Origin: an uncultured bacterium
Lineage (GTDB): Bacteria; Krumholzibacteriota; Krumholzibacteriia; JACNKJ01
NCBI GenBank assembly: GCA_963695095.1
Contig: CAVOFT010000001.1
Coordinates: 2,048,001 to 2,112,000 of the forward strand
Direction: 5' to 3'
DNA: 64,000 bases
In this document: positions 9,796 to 20,047 of the stretch, in pieces
How positions within the stretch are numbered: the stretch's first letter is position 1
Layout of the letters: each line of letters starts with the position of its first letter
Position numbers and translations under genes: made by a program
The notes under the pieces: generated by a model
What the model saw: the letters and a program-made list of their open reading frames with translations, nothing else
Told to the model about the DNA's origin: nothing
Database searches by the model: none

Positions 9796-9824
9796 GGTAT
9801 AGAAAGCGACCGCGGCAGTGTCAA
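9796..9824 (-). promoter_or_regulatory. putative sigma70 promoter for the hyp-TPR-bamD-nadD-polA-coaE run
   Basis: TTGACA-N17-TATACC. Confidence 0.65.
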
Positions 9825-11230
9825 GGCAAAGCGCCGTCCCGGCGGCGACCCAGGAGATCGTAGACGTCGCTGTCCAGCACCTCTACCTCAATCCATTGGC
9901 CGAGTTCGAGTTCCGCATCGTCCTCGAGGAAGAGGTGGCCGTCCACCTCGTAGGCTTCGCGCGGCGTCCGCAGGGCCGCGCGCGCGCCTGCGAAGGGTGC
10001 GCTCGCCAGGGGATCCAGGCTGCGCTCGGGCGGCAGCCCGTCGCCGCGCTCCGCCAGGGCCTCGACCACCGCCGGCAGGCGCTGGCCAACCCAGCGCCGG
10101 GCGCGCTCCTCGCTGTGGACCATCTGGGCGAGCTGCACGGCCTCGACGCGTTCAGCGATCTGCTCGGCGGGCACGGCAGGCCCCAGAGCCGGCGCGGCGG
10201 TGCCCTCCTCCCTGCTGTAGCCGAAGACGCCCAGATGGTCGAAGGGCTGCTCCGCCAGGAAGTCGAGCAGCTGGGCGAGGTCCGCGTCCGTCTCGCTCGG
10301 ATGGCCGACGAGTACCGTGCTGCGCAGGGTCAGGTCCGGGCGCTCGCGGCGGAGGCCACCGAGCAGCTCGTGCAAGCGCGCCTGGGCGTGGCCGCGGCGC
10401 ATGAGCGTGAGCATGCGCTCGCTGGCATGCTGGATGGGCATGTCGAGGTAGGGCACCACGCGCGGCAGTGCGAAGAGCGCGAGCAGATCGGGCAGCTCGA
10501 CCAGGGTCGGGTGCAGGTAGAAGACGCGAATCCAGGTGAGCGCTTCCAGGCGCGAGAGCTGCTCGACGAGCGGCAGCAGGCCCGGCCCGCCCTGGTCGCG
10601 ACCGTAGAAGCCCGTGTCCTGGCTGATCAGGTTGATCTCGCGTACGCCGCGTGCGGCCAGCGCTGCGACCTCGGCCACGATGGCGTCCGGCGGCCGACTC
10701 TGGAAGCGCCCCCGGATGCCGGGGATCGCGCAGAAGCTGCAGTGGCGGCTGCAGCCCTCGCCGATCTTGACGTAGGCCAGATGGGACGGCGTCAGCAGGG
10801 GCCGCTCGGCGAAGCCGGCGAAGCTGATGCGCGGCGCGGCCGGAGTGAGTTCGCCCGCCGGCTCCCGCTGCCCGAAGAGCGCCGCCAGGGCATCCGCGAG
10901 CCGGTCCTGTTGACCGACCCCGGCCAGCAGATCGATCTCCGGGATCTCGGCGCGCAGCTCCTCGGCATAGCGCTGGGGCAGGCAGCCGATCACGGCCAGC
11001 TTGGCACCCGTCTCGCCCTTGAGACGGGCCAGCTCCAGGATGCGCTCGATGGACTGCTCGCGGGCGGCCTCGATGAAGGAGCAGGTGTTGAGCAGCAGCA
11101 GCTCGGCCGCCGCGGCATCGGCCTCGTGGGCGAAGCCTTTCCCAAGCAGGAAGCCGAGCGCCGCCTCGCTGTCGACGAGCGTCTTGCTGCAGCCGAGGGA
11201 TTCGAGATAGACGCGGCGGGGCCCTGCCAT
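9821..11230 (-). CDS. rimO: ribosomal protein S12 methylthiotransferase
   Basis: LGCSKTLVDSE, NTCSFIEAAREQS, radical SAM CSRHCSFC, YLDMPIQH, EVDG TRAM end. ATG overlaps the ftsK stop. Confidence 0.95.
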   Translation of the reverse strand: MAGPRRVYLESLGCSKTLVDSEAALGFLLGKGFAHEADAAAAELLLLNTCSFIEAAREQSIERILELARLKGETGAKLAVIGCLPQRYAEELRAEIPEIDLLAGVGQQDRLADALAALFGQREPAGELTPAAPRISFAGFAERPLLTPSHLAYVKIGEGCSRHCSFCAIPGIRGRFQSRPPDAIVAEVAALAARGVREINLISQDTGFYGRDQGGPGLLPLVEQLSRLEALTWIRVFYLHPTLVELPDLLALFALPRVVPYLDMPIQHASERMLTLMRRGHAQARLHELLGGLRRERPDLTLRSTVLVGHPSETDADLAQLLDFLAEQPFDHLGVFGYSREEGTAAPALGPAVPAEQIAERVEAVQLAQMVHSEERARRWVGQRLPAVVEALAERGDGLPPERSLDPLASAPFAGARAALRTPREAYEVDGHLFLEDDAELELGQWIEVEVLDSDVYDLLGRRRDGALP

Positions 11231-13536
11231 CAACGCCTGCCCTCGCCGTCGAGGTCGTCGGCGTCGAGCGCTTCGGGCCCCACGAGCAGCTCCCGGGCCT
11301 TGCTGCCCGTGTGCGGCCCGACGATGCCCGCGTCCTCGAGCATGTCCATCAGCCGGCTGGCGCGGGTGTAGCCGACGCGCAGGCGGCGCTGCAGCATCGT
11401 CGTGCTGCCGAAGCCGGCCAGGATGACCGTGCGCTTCGCGTCGCCGAAGAGCTCGTCCTCGCCCTCGAAGTCGAGTCCGCCCTCGCGGCGCTGCTCGAGG
11501 TCGATGTGGGCGGGCTCCCCGCCCGCCTGGCGCCAGTGGGCGACGATGCGCTCCACCTCGGCCGTGTCGACGTAGGCGCCGTGCAGGCGGCGCGGGAAGG
11601 GCTGGCGGCCGTGCTTGAAGAGCATGTCCCCGCGGCCGATCAGGGTCTCGGCGCCCGTGGCGTCGAGGATGGTCTTCGAATCGAAGCGGCTGAACACCTT
11701 GAAGGCGATGCGGCTGGGGAAGTTGGCCTTGATGATGCCGTCGATGATGTCCACGCTGGGCCGCTGGGTGGCGAGCACCAGGTGGATGCCCACCGCCCGC
11801 GCCATCTGGGCCAGCCGCACGATGGGCGGCTGCACGTCCTTGCCGAGGGTCATCATGAGGTCGGCGAACTCCTCGACGATGCCGACCAGGAAGGGCAGGG
11901 TCTCGTCCACGCGCTGGCCGTCGCGGTTCAGCACCTCGCCGGCGCGCACCTTCGCGTTGTACTCGCCGATGCTGCGCACGCCGGTGGGCTTGAGCAGCTG
12001 GTAGCGCCGCTCCATCTCGCCCACCAGCCAGTTGAGCGCCGACAGCGCCACGCGGTTGTCCGTGATCACCGGGTGGAGCAGGTGCGGAATCTCGTTGTAC
12101 ACGGACAGCTCGAGCATCTTGGGATCGACGAGGAAGAGGCGCAGGGTCTCCGGCGTGTGCGCGAGCAGGAGGCTGACCAGGATGCTGTTGATGCACACGC
12201 TCTTGCCGGTACCGGTGGCGCCGGCCACGAGCAGGTGCGGCATCTCGACGAGGTCTGTCCAGGTGGCCCGCCCGTCCACGTCGACGCCGAGGGCGACGGC
12301 CAGCTCGCCGCCCGCGCCGACGGCACCCTCGGCCTCCAGCACTTCGCGCAGGCGAATGATCCGCGGCTTGGGGTTGGGCAGCTCGATGCCGACGGCCGCC
12401 TTGCCCGGAATCGGCGCCACCATGCGCAGCTCCTTGCTGCGCAGCGCGAGCGCGAGATCCTCGCGGCGGCTGACGATCTGGCTCACCTTGACCCCGCTGT
12501 CCGGCTCGAACTCGAAGGTGGTCACCACCGGCCCCTGGCTCATCGCGCTCACGCGGCCGCCGATGTTGAAGCTGGCCAGCTTGTCGACGAGCAGGCGCGC
12601 CCGCTCCTCGGCGAAGCGGCGATCGGCGGGATCGCCCTGCCCCGCCGGCGGGTCCAGCAGGTCCAGGGCAGGCAGCGCCGCAGCGGCCCCCCGCGCCCGA
12701 CTGCGCTGGACAGGCCTCTGGGCCGGCGCGACGGCCGCCGCCGTCCCCGTGCGCCGGCCTGGCCCGGCCGACCCCACCGCCGGCGGGCTGGGCGCCCTTG
12801 TCACCCCGGCCTCCGACCCGACGCCCGCGCCATGGGCGACCGGCGATTCGGCTTGCCCGGCGCCTGCGGCCGCCCCCGCCTGCGCGGCCTCGGCCAGCCG
12901 CCGGGCGCGCGCAGCGGCCAGCGCCGCCGCGCCCTGCCGCCAGGCCGCAGCCAGGCTCCTGGCCCCCAGGCCAAAGGCCAGCCTGAGCCCCCGAGCAGCG
13001 GCGCGCAAGAGCCGGGGCAACCAGCCCAGGAGCAGTTCGACGCCGCGCCGCGCGGCGGTCCGCACAGGCGGCGGCAGCAGCAGGGCGAGGCCGATCAAGC
13101 TCAGGAATGCCAGCAGGATGCCGCTGCCCGGATTCCCGAAGAGGCGGCCAAGGCCGGCGCCGAGCAGCTCGCCCAGCCAGCCCTGGCGACTGCTGTCCGG
13201 GCCGCCGAGGGCGGGGGTGCCCAGCCACAGCAGGCCGAGCAGGGCAGCGGACGACCAGCCGACGAGCCAGGAGCGCCGTCCCCGCGCAGACAGATCCGCC
13301 AGCCCCGCGCCCAGGAAGAAGGGCGCGATCAGCCAGGCGCCCAGGCTGCCGAGCAGGAAGCGCTGGCCCATGGCGAGCAGGGCGCCGACGACGCCAAAGG
13401 GATTGGGCGGCAGGCGCCTGAGCCAGCTCACACCGGACACGTCGCCCGTGCCGGCGCCCAGCAGGCTGCCCGCGAGGACGGCGCCGACGAGAAGGGCGAT
13501 CAGCCCCCGGATCGGATGTCGGCGTGGACCGGCCAT
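11230..13536 (-). CDS. ftsK: DNA translocase FtsK
   Basis: N-terminal TMs, MPHLLVAGATGTGKS, LATQRPSVD, gamma domain LQRRLRVGYTRASRL. Confidence 0.97.
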   Translation of the reverse strand: MAGPRRHPIRGLIALLVGAVLAGSLLGAGTGDVSGVSWLRRLPPNPFGVVGALLAMGQRFLLGSLGAWLIAPFFLGAGLADLSARGRRSWLVGWSSAALLGLLWLGTPALGGPDSSRQGWLGELLGAGLGRLFGNPGSGILLAFLSLIGLALLLPPPVRTAARRGVELLLGWLPRLLRAAARGLRLAFGLGARSLAAAWRQGAAALAAARARRLAEAAQAGAAAGAGQAESPVAHGAGVGSEAGVTRAPSPPAVGSAGPGRRTGTAAAVAPAQRPVQRSRARGAAAALPALDLLDPPAGQGDPADRRFAEERARLLVDKLASFNIGGRVSAMSQGPVVTTFEFEPDSGVKVSQIVSRREDLALALRSKELRMVAPIPGKAAVGIELPNPKPRIIRLREVLEAEGAVGAGGELAVALGVDVDGRATWTDLVEMPHLLVAGATGTGKSVCINSILVSLLLAHTPETLRLFLVDPKMLELSVYNEIPHLLHPVITDNRVALSALNWLVGEMERRYQLLKPTGVRSIGEYNAKVRAGEVLNRDGQRVDETLPFLVGIVEEFADLMMTLGKDVQPPIVRLAQMARAVGIHLVLATQRPSVDIIDGIIKANFPSRIAFKVFSRFDSKTILDATGAETLIGRGDMLFKHGRQPFPRRLHGAYVDTAEVERIVAHWRQAGGEPAHIDLEQRREGGLDFEGEDELFGDAKRTVILAGFGSTTMLQRRLRVGYTRASRLMDMLEDAGIVGPHTGSKARELLVGPEALDADDLDGEGRR

Positions 13537-13552
13537 GGCTCGGCGGACCGGC

Positions 13553-14908
13553 TCAGCGCCCGGCGCTGCGCCAGTCCTCCTCCTCGAGGAAGTGGGTGCT
13601 GAAGTCCCCGCTCAGGTAGCGCGGATGCTGCATGATGCGGGCGTGGAAGGCGAGCGTCGAGGGCACGCCTTCGATGACGCACTCGTCGAGGGCGCGGCGC
13701 ATGCGCTTGATCGCCTCATCGCGGTCGGCGCCGTAGGTGATCAGCTTCGCAATCATCGAGTCGTAGAAAGGCGGGATCTTGTAGCCGCTATACACGTGCG
13801 TGTCCACGCGCACCCCGGGCCCGCCCGGCGGATGGAAGGAGGTCACGGTGCCCGGCGCGGGCGCGAAATCGCGCTCCGGATCCTCCGCGTTGATGCGGCA
13901 CTCGATGGCATGGCCCTTGAGCACCACGTCCTCCTGGCGGAAGGCCAGGCGCTCGCCGGCGGCGACGCGGATCTGCTCCTTGAGCAGATCGAGCCCCGTC
14001 ACCATCTCGGTGACCGGGTGCTCCACCTGGATGCGCGTGTTCATCTCCATGAAGTAGAAACGGCCGCTCGCCTCGAGCAGGAATTCGACGGTGCCCACCG
14101 AGTGGTAGCCGACGGCAGCCGCCGCACGCACGGCCGCGCGGCCCATGCGCTCGCGCAGATTGGCGTCCACCGCCGGGGACGGCGACTCCTCGATGAGCTT
14201 CTGATGCCGCCTCTGGATGGAGCAGTCGCGCTCGCCCAGGTGCATGATGTTGCCGTGCTTGTCGCCGATCACCTGGATCTCCACGTGTCGCGGTCGCAGC
14301 ACGAGCTTTTCCACGTAGACGTCGCGGCGGCCGAAGGAGGCTTCGGCCTCGCCTTGCGCCGCGGAGAAGGCGCGCCTGAGCTCCTCCTCGTCGGCTGCGG
14401 CCCGCATGCCCTTGCCCCCACCGCCCGCCGCCGCCTTGATCATGACGGGAAAGCCGATCTCGCGGGCGATCTGCAGGGCCTGCACCTCGTCCTCGACGAT
14501 CCCCTCGCTGCCCGGCACGACCGGAACGCCGGCGGCGATCATCGTCTCGCGAGCGAGGGCCTTGTCCCCCATGCGGCGGATCATCTCGGGATCCGGCCCC
14601 ACGAAGATGAGTCCGTGCGACTGGCAGACCTCGGCGAAGTGCGCGTTCTCCGCGAGGAAGCCGTAGCCGGGGTGGACGGCGTCGGCGCCGGTCACGGCCG
14701 CCGCGCTGATGATGTTGTGGATGTTCAGGTAGCTGCGGCTCGAGGCGGCGGGCCCGATGCAGACCGTCTCGTGGGCGAACTTGACGTGCAGGCTGTCGAC
14801 ATCCGCTTCCGAGTGCAGCGCGACGGTCTCGACGCCCAGCTCCTCGCAAGCGCGCATGATCCGCAAGGCGATCTCGCCGCGGTTGGCCACCACGAGCTTC
14901 CGGATCAT
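13553..14908 (-). CDS. accC: acetyl-CoA carboxylase biotin carboxylase
   Basis: [43 protein letters not shown]. Confidence 0.97.
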   Translation of the reverse strand: MIRKLVVANRGEIALRIMRACEELGVETVALHSEADVDSLHVKFAHETVCIGPAASSRSYLNIHNIISAAAVTGADAVHPGYGFLAENAHFAEVCQSHGLIFVGPDPEMIRRMGDKALARETMIAAGVPVVPGSEGIVEDEVQALQIAREIGFPVMIKAAAGGGGKGMRAAADEEELRRAFSAAQGEAEASFGRRDVYVEKLVLRPRHVEIQVIGDKHGNIMHLGERDCSIQRRHQKLIEESPSPAVDANLRERMGRAAVRAAAAVGYHSVGTVEFLLEASGRFYFMEMNTRIQVEHPVTEMVTGLDLLKEQIRVAAGERLAFRQEDVVLKGHAIECRINAEDPERDFAPAPGTVTSFHPPGGPGVRVDTHVYSGYKIPPFYDSMIAKLITYGADRDEAIKRMRRALDECVIEGVPSTLAFHARIMQHPRYLSGDFSTHFLEEEDWRSAGR

Positions 14909-14919
14909 GCCCGCCCTTT

Positions 14920-14984
14920 CAGCAGGGACGCGGCGAACCCGCATCCCTGCTGGGGAATAGCACATCGCGACGCGGGGTGTCCAG
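14920..14984 (-). promoter_or_regulatory. putative accC promoter plus 5' leader hairpin
   Basis: TGGACA-N18-TATTCC with an extended TG, then a 14-bp stem CAGCAGGGAUGCGG/CCGCGUCCCUGCUG (14920-14952) just before the RBS. Confidence 0.5.
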
Positions 14985-15004
14985 GGGCCTTTGCCGGGGC
15001 GGGC

Positions 15005-16132
15005 TTAGACGCCTACGTGGCTTTCGCCTTCGCGTGGGATCCAGGTATCGAGCAGATTCTCCGAGCCCTCGATGCCCGCCATCTTGAGCCGGATCTCGTC
15101 CGGGTAGGTGGCGTTGGCCAGGGCCTCCTCGAGCCGGATCTTGCCGAGCTGGACCAGCGCCAGCAGCGACATGTCGAAGGTGCAGGTGCCGTAGACCGTG
15201 GCGCCCTCGGCCATGAAGTCGCGGATGCTGCCCATCTTCTTCGGATCCTGCAAGTACTCGCGGGTGGTCGCGCAGCCGACCAGCACCTCGCAGGCCGGCA
15301 CGCGGCCGGCGCCGTCCTTGGTGGGAATCAGACGCAGGCCGATGATCCCTTCCAGATTGTGCGAGAGCAGGTGGCGGATCTCGCTGTGTTGATCGGGCGG
15401 GAAGAGCGAGAGCATGCGGTTGACCGTCTGCAGCGCGTCCGTGGTATGCAGGGTCGACAGCACGAGATGGCCGGTGTCCGCCGCGGTGAGCGCCACGCGC
15501 ATCGTGGCCGCGTCGCGAATCTCGCCGATGACGAGCACATCCGGGTCCTGCCGCAGGACGTGCTTGAGCGCGGAGGCGAAGGACAGCGTATCGCTGCCCA
15601 CCTCGCGCTGCGTGACCATGCCGGTGCTGTCGGCATGGAGGAACTCGGCCGGGTCTTCAACGGTCATCACGCTGACCGGCTTGGTATCCAGGATGCGGCG
15701 CACCATGGCCGCCATCGTCGTGCTCTTGCCGCTGCCCGTCATGCCCGTCACGAGGACGAGACCGCGCGGCGCCATGGCCAGGCGCTGGATGACGTCGGGC
15801 AGGTGCAGATCCTCGATCTGCGGCACCGTCGTCGGGATGTGCCGGAAGACCATCGAGATGCTGCCCCGCTGGAGGAAGACGTTGCCGCGAAAGCGGCCGA
15901 GGCCGGGCATGCTGAGGGCGAAGTCCACTTCGTGGTCGCGCTCGAAGGCCTCGCGCTGGTTCTCATCGAGGGCCTGCCGGTAGAGGGCGACCGTGTCTTC
16001 CAGCAGCAGCGACTCGTCGCCGCCGAAGACGAGATCGCCGTTGATGCGGTAGCCCGGCGGCCGCCCCACCTTGATGTGGAGGTCGCTCGCCCGGCGTTCC
16101 ACCATCTCCTGCAGCATCTGCGTCAGTTCCAT
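15005..16132 (-). CDS. PilT/PilU family type IV pilus retraction ATPase
   Basis: ASDLHIKVG, Walker A GMTGSGKST, EDPAE, GEIRD, His box TGHLVLSTLHT. No AIRNLIRE motif. Confidence 0.92.
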   Translation of the reverse strand: MELTQMLQEMVERRASDLHIKVGRPPGYRINGDLVFGGDESLLLEDTVALYRQALDENQREAFERDHEVDFALSMPGLGRFRGNVFLQRGSISMVFRHIPTTVPQIEDLHLPDVIQRLAMAPRGLVLVTGMTGSGKSTTMAAMVRRILDTKPVSVMTVEDPAEFLHADSTGMVTQREVGSDTLSFASALKHVLRQDPDVLVIGEIRDAATMRVALTAADTGHLVLSTLHTTDALQTVNRMLSLFPPDQHSEIRHLLSHNLEGIIGLRLIPTKDGAGRVPACEVLVGCATTREYLQDPKKMGSIRDFMAEGATVYGTCTFDMSLLALVQLGKIRLEEALANATYPDEIRLKMAGIEGSENLLDTWIPREGESHVGV

Positions 16133-16252
16133 GCCGTCCTCCGCCGCGCGCCCTGCCGGGCGCTTGCGCGGGGGATCTAGCAAGAACCCGTCCCGCCGCT
16201 GCTGGGGCGGCGGCGTCCACCGGAGGGAAGCATGGGATAGCTCAGGGCAGGA

Positions 16253-16708
<456 letters not shown>

Positions 16709-16741
16709 GATCACCTCGTTGCCAGGGGCGCGCCGCGCCCG

Positions 16742-17179
16742 TCAGTCCGCGGCGGCCGCGGCCAAGTGGAGCAGGGCCAGCCGATAGCCCGCCTCGCCGA
16801 AACCACTGATGACGCCCGCGGCCGCCCCCCCCGTCAGGGAGCGCTGGCGCCAGGGCTCGCGGGCGTGCAGGTTCGTCAGATGCACTTCCACCACGGGCAG
16901 CGGCAGCGCCGCGATGCAGTCGCGCAGGGCGACGCTGCTGTGGGTGAAGCCGCCCGGGTTGAGCACCACGCCCGCGCAGCGCCCCGTCGCGCCCTGCAGC
17001 GCGTCGATCAACTGCCCCTCGAGATTGGACTGGTAGAACTCCAGGTCCATGTCGCGCGCCTGCGCCCAGCGCTGGAGATCCCCCTCGAGCGCAGCCAGAT
17101 CCCGGCGGCCGTAGACGGCCGGTTCGCGCTGACCGAGGAGGTTCAGGTTGGGACCCTGCAGCACGAGGTAGCGCGCCAC
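16742..17179 (-). CDS. aroQ: type II 3-dehydroquinate dehydratase
   Basis: GPNLNLLGQREPAVYG, QSNLEG, NPGGFTHSS, EVHLTN. Confidence 0.96.
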   Translation of the reverse strand: MARYLVLQGPNLNLLGQREPAVYGRRDLAALEGDLQRWAQARDMDLEFYQSNLEGQLIDALQGATGRCAGVVLNPGGFTHSSVALRDCIAALPLPVVEVHLTNLHAREPWRQRSLTGGAAAGVISGFGEAGYRLALLHLAAAAAD

Positions 17180-17768
17180 TAGCGCCTCTTCTGCCCTGCG
17201 GCCGCCGTCGACCAGCCCGCGCCGTCGCCCGGCGAGGGTGCGGTGAGATAGCCCGGCTCCAGCTCAGCCAAGCTGAGTTCGAGCAGGCCAGGGCTGGGGG
17301 TAGAGCGAGGCCGGGCCGGGGCCCCCTGGGCCATCGCAGCGAGTTCCTCGCGGAGATCCTCCAGCTCGGGATCTTGGGCGTCCTCGTCGGCCCAACCCTC
17401 CAGGTAGCGCCCGGCGGCCGTCGCGTCGCCGGCGGCCAGCGCGGAAGCCGCCAGCGCCCGCAGGGCGGGCAGATTGCGAGCGTCCAGGCGCTCGAGCACC
17501 TCCCGGTAGTGGCCCAGGGCCTCCTCCATGCGGCCGAGCTGAGCCTTCAGGCGCGCGAACTCGACCCAGGCCGAAACCCGCTGCGGCCAGCGCGCCAGCC
17601 CCCCTTCGAGAAGGCTCATGGCCTCCTGGGTCCGGCCCTCTCGGCGGGCCAGGGCCGCCAGGGGAACGAAGAGCTCGCTCTCCCCCGCTCGAAGCGCTGG
17701 CGCAGCCCCTGGCCCTCCCCCTGGCTGGGCTCAGAGGACGGAGGCTCCCATCGCGCTGGAGATGCCAA
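17179..17768 (-). CDS. TPR protein interrupted by one frameshift at a G5 run (~17682-17686)
   Basis: SD AAGGAG-N6-TTG at 17768. Adding one G gives a continuous ...LRQRFERGESELFVPLAALARREGRTQEAMSLLEGGLARWP... TPR-like sequence. Confidence 0.65.
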
Positions 17769-17822
17769 GCTCAACTCCTTGTGAATAATATCGTTAACTC
17801 GATTATGCGCCCGCACTTCGCA

Positions 17823-17851
17823 ACGCTAGCAGAGGCCCCCATGGGGGTCAA
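17823..17851 (-). promoter_or_regulatory. putative sigma70 promoter (TPR-aroQ-accB)
   Basis: TTGACC-N17-TAGCGT with an extended TG. Confidence 0.55.
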
Positions 17852-17856
17852 CGCAA

Positions 17857-18933
17857 TTATGGACTCGCGAGGAAGCTCGCCAGGCTCTGCTGGAGCCGTT
17901 CGACGGGGACCGCCTCACCCGGCCGGCAGCGCCCCCAGTCCTCGAGCAGGACGAAGCGCAGCCCAGCGCAGCGGCGCTTCTTGTCCGTCGCCATGCCGGC
18001 AATCAGGGCCTCGGCGGCGGGACGGCCCGGGGGCCGCAGCGGCAGACCCCAGCGACCGAGCAGGGCGGCCATCCGCCCTTCCCCCTGGGCCCCGAGAGGC
18101 AGCCCGCAGGCCGCGCCGAGGCGCAGGGCAGCCAGCATGCCAATGCCCACGGCCTCGCCGTGCAGCAGATCGGGCCGCGGCGCGAGCCCTTCCAGCGCAT
18201 GGGCCAGCGTGTGGCCGAAGTTGAGTACCTCGCGCAGACCCTGCTCGCGCTCGTCGGCAGCGACCACGGCGGCCTTGAGCGCGCAGGCGCGTTCCAGGAC
18301 GGCGGCCAGCGCCGGCGTCCGCGGGTCGAGGAGGGTCTCCCCCGCTCGCTCGAGTTCGGCCAGGAACTCCGCCTCGCGCGCGGCGGCGATCTTGGCGATC
18401 TCGGCCAGTCCCGCCGCCAACTCGCGCCGGGGCAGGGTATCGAGGAAAGCGAGATCGGCCAGAACCGCCAGCGGCTGGTGGAAGGCCCCCAGGCTGTTCT
18501 TGGCGCCGGGGAGGTTGACGGCCACCTTGCCCCCCACGCTGGCGTCGGCCTGGGCGAGCAGGGTCGTCGGCACCTGCACGAAGGGAATCCCGCGCAGGTA
18601 GCTGGCGGCCAGGAAGCCGCAGAGGTCGCCGCAGACGCCGCCGCCCACCGCGATGAGGGCGCCGTCGCGGCCGAGTTCCCGCGCGAGCAGCGCGCGGCCC
18701 AGCCGCTCGAGCTGCTCGAGCGACTTGCTGGCCTCGCCGGCGGGCACGCTGAGCCGGGGGTAGCCCGCCAGCAGAGCATCCAGGGCCGGAGCCTGCAGGG
18801 CGGCGACGCCGCTGTCGACGAGCGCGACGGCCGGGCGGCCGGCAAGGGCCTCGGCCAGGAGACCGCTGGGCAGCGCCCGTCCGATATGGATGGGATAGCT
18901 GCGCTCTCCGAGCTCGACCCGCAGGCTGCGCAT
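17857..18933 (-). CDS. aroB: 3-dehydroquinate synthase
   Basis: GGGVCGDLCGF, VPTTLLAQADASVGGK, LNFGHTLAHALE, HGEAV. Confidence 0.97.
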   Translation of the reverse strand: MRSLRVELGERSYPIHIGRALPSGLLAEALAGRPAVALVDSGVAALQAPALDALLAGYPRLSVPAGEASKSLEQLERLGRALLARELGRDGALIAVGGGVCGDLCGFLAASYLRGIPFVQVPTTLLAQADASVGGKVAVNLPGAKNSLGAFHQPLAVLADLAFLDTLPRRELAAGLAEIAKIAAAREAEFLAELERAGETLLDPRTPALAAVLERACALKAAVVAADEREQGLREVLNFGHTLAHALEGLAPRPDLLHGEAVGIGMLAALRLGAACGLPLGAQGEGRMAALLGRWGLPLRPPGRPAAEALIAGMATDKKRRCAGLRFVLLEDWGRCRPGEAVPVERLQQSLASFLASP

Positions 18934-19958
18934 CAGAAGTTGAAGGTCGTGGCCAGGGCTTCCAGCTCCCGCATGTAGGGATGCTTGGCCATGCCCGGCG
19001 CGTAGAGCAGGAGATCCAGGGCCAGCAGCCGGCTTCGGCGCTCGTCCCAGAAGAAGTAGGTGACGAAGGCGCCCCCGGTCATGTCCCGCTCGTTCTGCCA
19101 GATGCCCGCCAGGCGGACGGCTGGGCGCCCGGCCTGTTCGACCGCGCTGAAGCTGTAGCTGCCCGCCAGCAGGTAGTCGCCGCCATAGAGGCTGTCCGTC
19201 ACGGCGCCGCGAAAGGCGAGGAGGCGGATCGAGTCGGCGAGGCTGGGGGCGCCGCCGTAGTCATTATCCCAGAAGACGCCGAGGACGCGGCTGGGCGCCT
19301 CGCAGTGCAACTCGATGGCACCCAGCTCGGGCCGCTCCTGCAGCAGGTGGTACTCGCCCGGGTAGCGCAGGCTGAAACCGTAGCGCTGCATGAGGTACTT
19401 GCCGCCGCCCTTGTTCTCGCGCCCGCTCAGGAGATAGTCGCGCATGCGCGCTCGCGTGGACTCGCGCATGCGCTCGCGCAGGGAAGTGGCCATCCGCGTC
19501 AGGAGGATCTCCTCCCCGGCGGCCCCGTTGGCGAGCAGGAAGTAGACATCCTGGTCGCGCGCGAAGAGGTCCTCGCGGTAGTAGACGATCTGGCCTTCGC
19601 GCCGCACGCGCTCGAGAGCGTCCTTGCCCAGCAGCCGCTGCACGTGGGCGAGCATGCCGCCGCGCTGATCGATACGCGCGTAGAGGATGATGTTCTTGCG
19701 GTCGCGGTTGCCCGGGAATTGCTCGTAGTCGCGCAGGAAGATGTCGAACTCGTTCTCTTCCTCGAAGACGTACTCGATCGGGTTGCTCAGCGTGGCGATG
19801 AATGCGTCCAGCAGGCCGCTGCGCCGGCCTTGCTCCGTGAAGAGATAGACGTCCGAGTAGGGCCCCACGGCCGGCACGACGCGCTTCTCGCCGCAGGCGA
19901 GGGCCAGGCTGAAGAGCGGGATGAGGGCGGCGAGGAGGACGCGGCGAAGTGACTGCAT
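18933..19958 (-). CDS. DUF4837-like lipoprotein
   Basis: Signal ending LALAC. C-terminal GIWQNERDMTGGAFVTY...LYAPGMAKHPYMRELE resembles DUF4837 (from recall). Confidence 0.65.
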   Translation of the reverse strand: MQSLRRVLLAALIPLFSLALACGEKRVVPAVGPYSDVYLFTEQGRRSGLLDAFIATLSNPIEYVFEEENEFDIFLRDYEQFPGNRDRKNIILYARIDQRGGMLAHVQRLLGKDALERVRREGQIVYYREDLFARDQDVYFLLANGAAGEEILLTRMATSLRERMRESTRARMRDYLLSGRENKGGGKYLMQRYGFSLRYPGEYHLLQERPELGAIELHCEAPSRVLGVFWDNDYGGAPSLADSIRLLAFRGAVTDSLYGGDYLLAGSYSFSAVEQAGRPAVRLAGIWQNERDMTGGAFVTYFFWDERRSRLLALDLLLYAPGMAKHPYMRELEALATTFNF

Positions 19959-19964
19959 GACGGC

Positions 19965-19993
19965 AGGATAGGGCCAGGAAGCGGCCGGGTCAA
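19965..19993 (-). promoter_or_regulatory. putative promoter giving leaderless mRNA
   Basis: TTGACC-N17-TATCCT-N6-ATG, with no SD. Confidence 0.6.
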
Positions 19994-20047
19994 ACAGAAG
20001 CCGCGGGCCGCTGCCGGCCCCCCGCGCGCTCGGCGCGGGCCCGCCGC

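Noticed and set aside
12032..16180. 1382-aa plus-strand ORF and similar long ORFs (4098..6815, 33595..36312, 41147..43528, 61351..63525)
   Set aside because: Antisense shadows of recognisable genes; long stop-free frames are expected at high GC.
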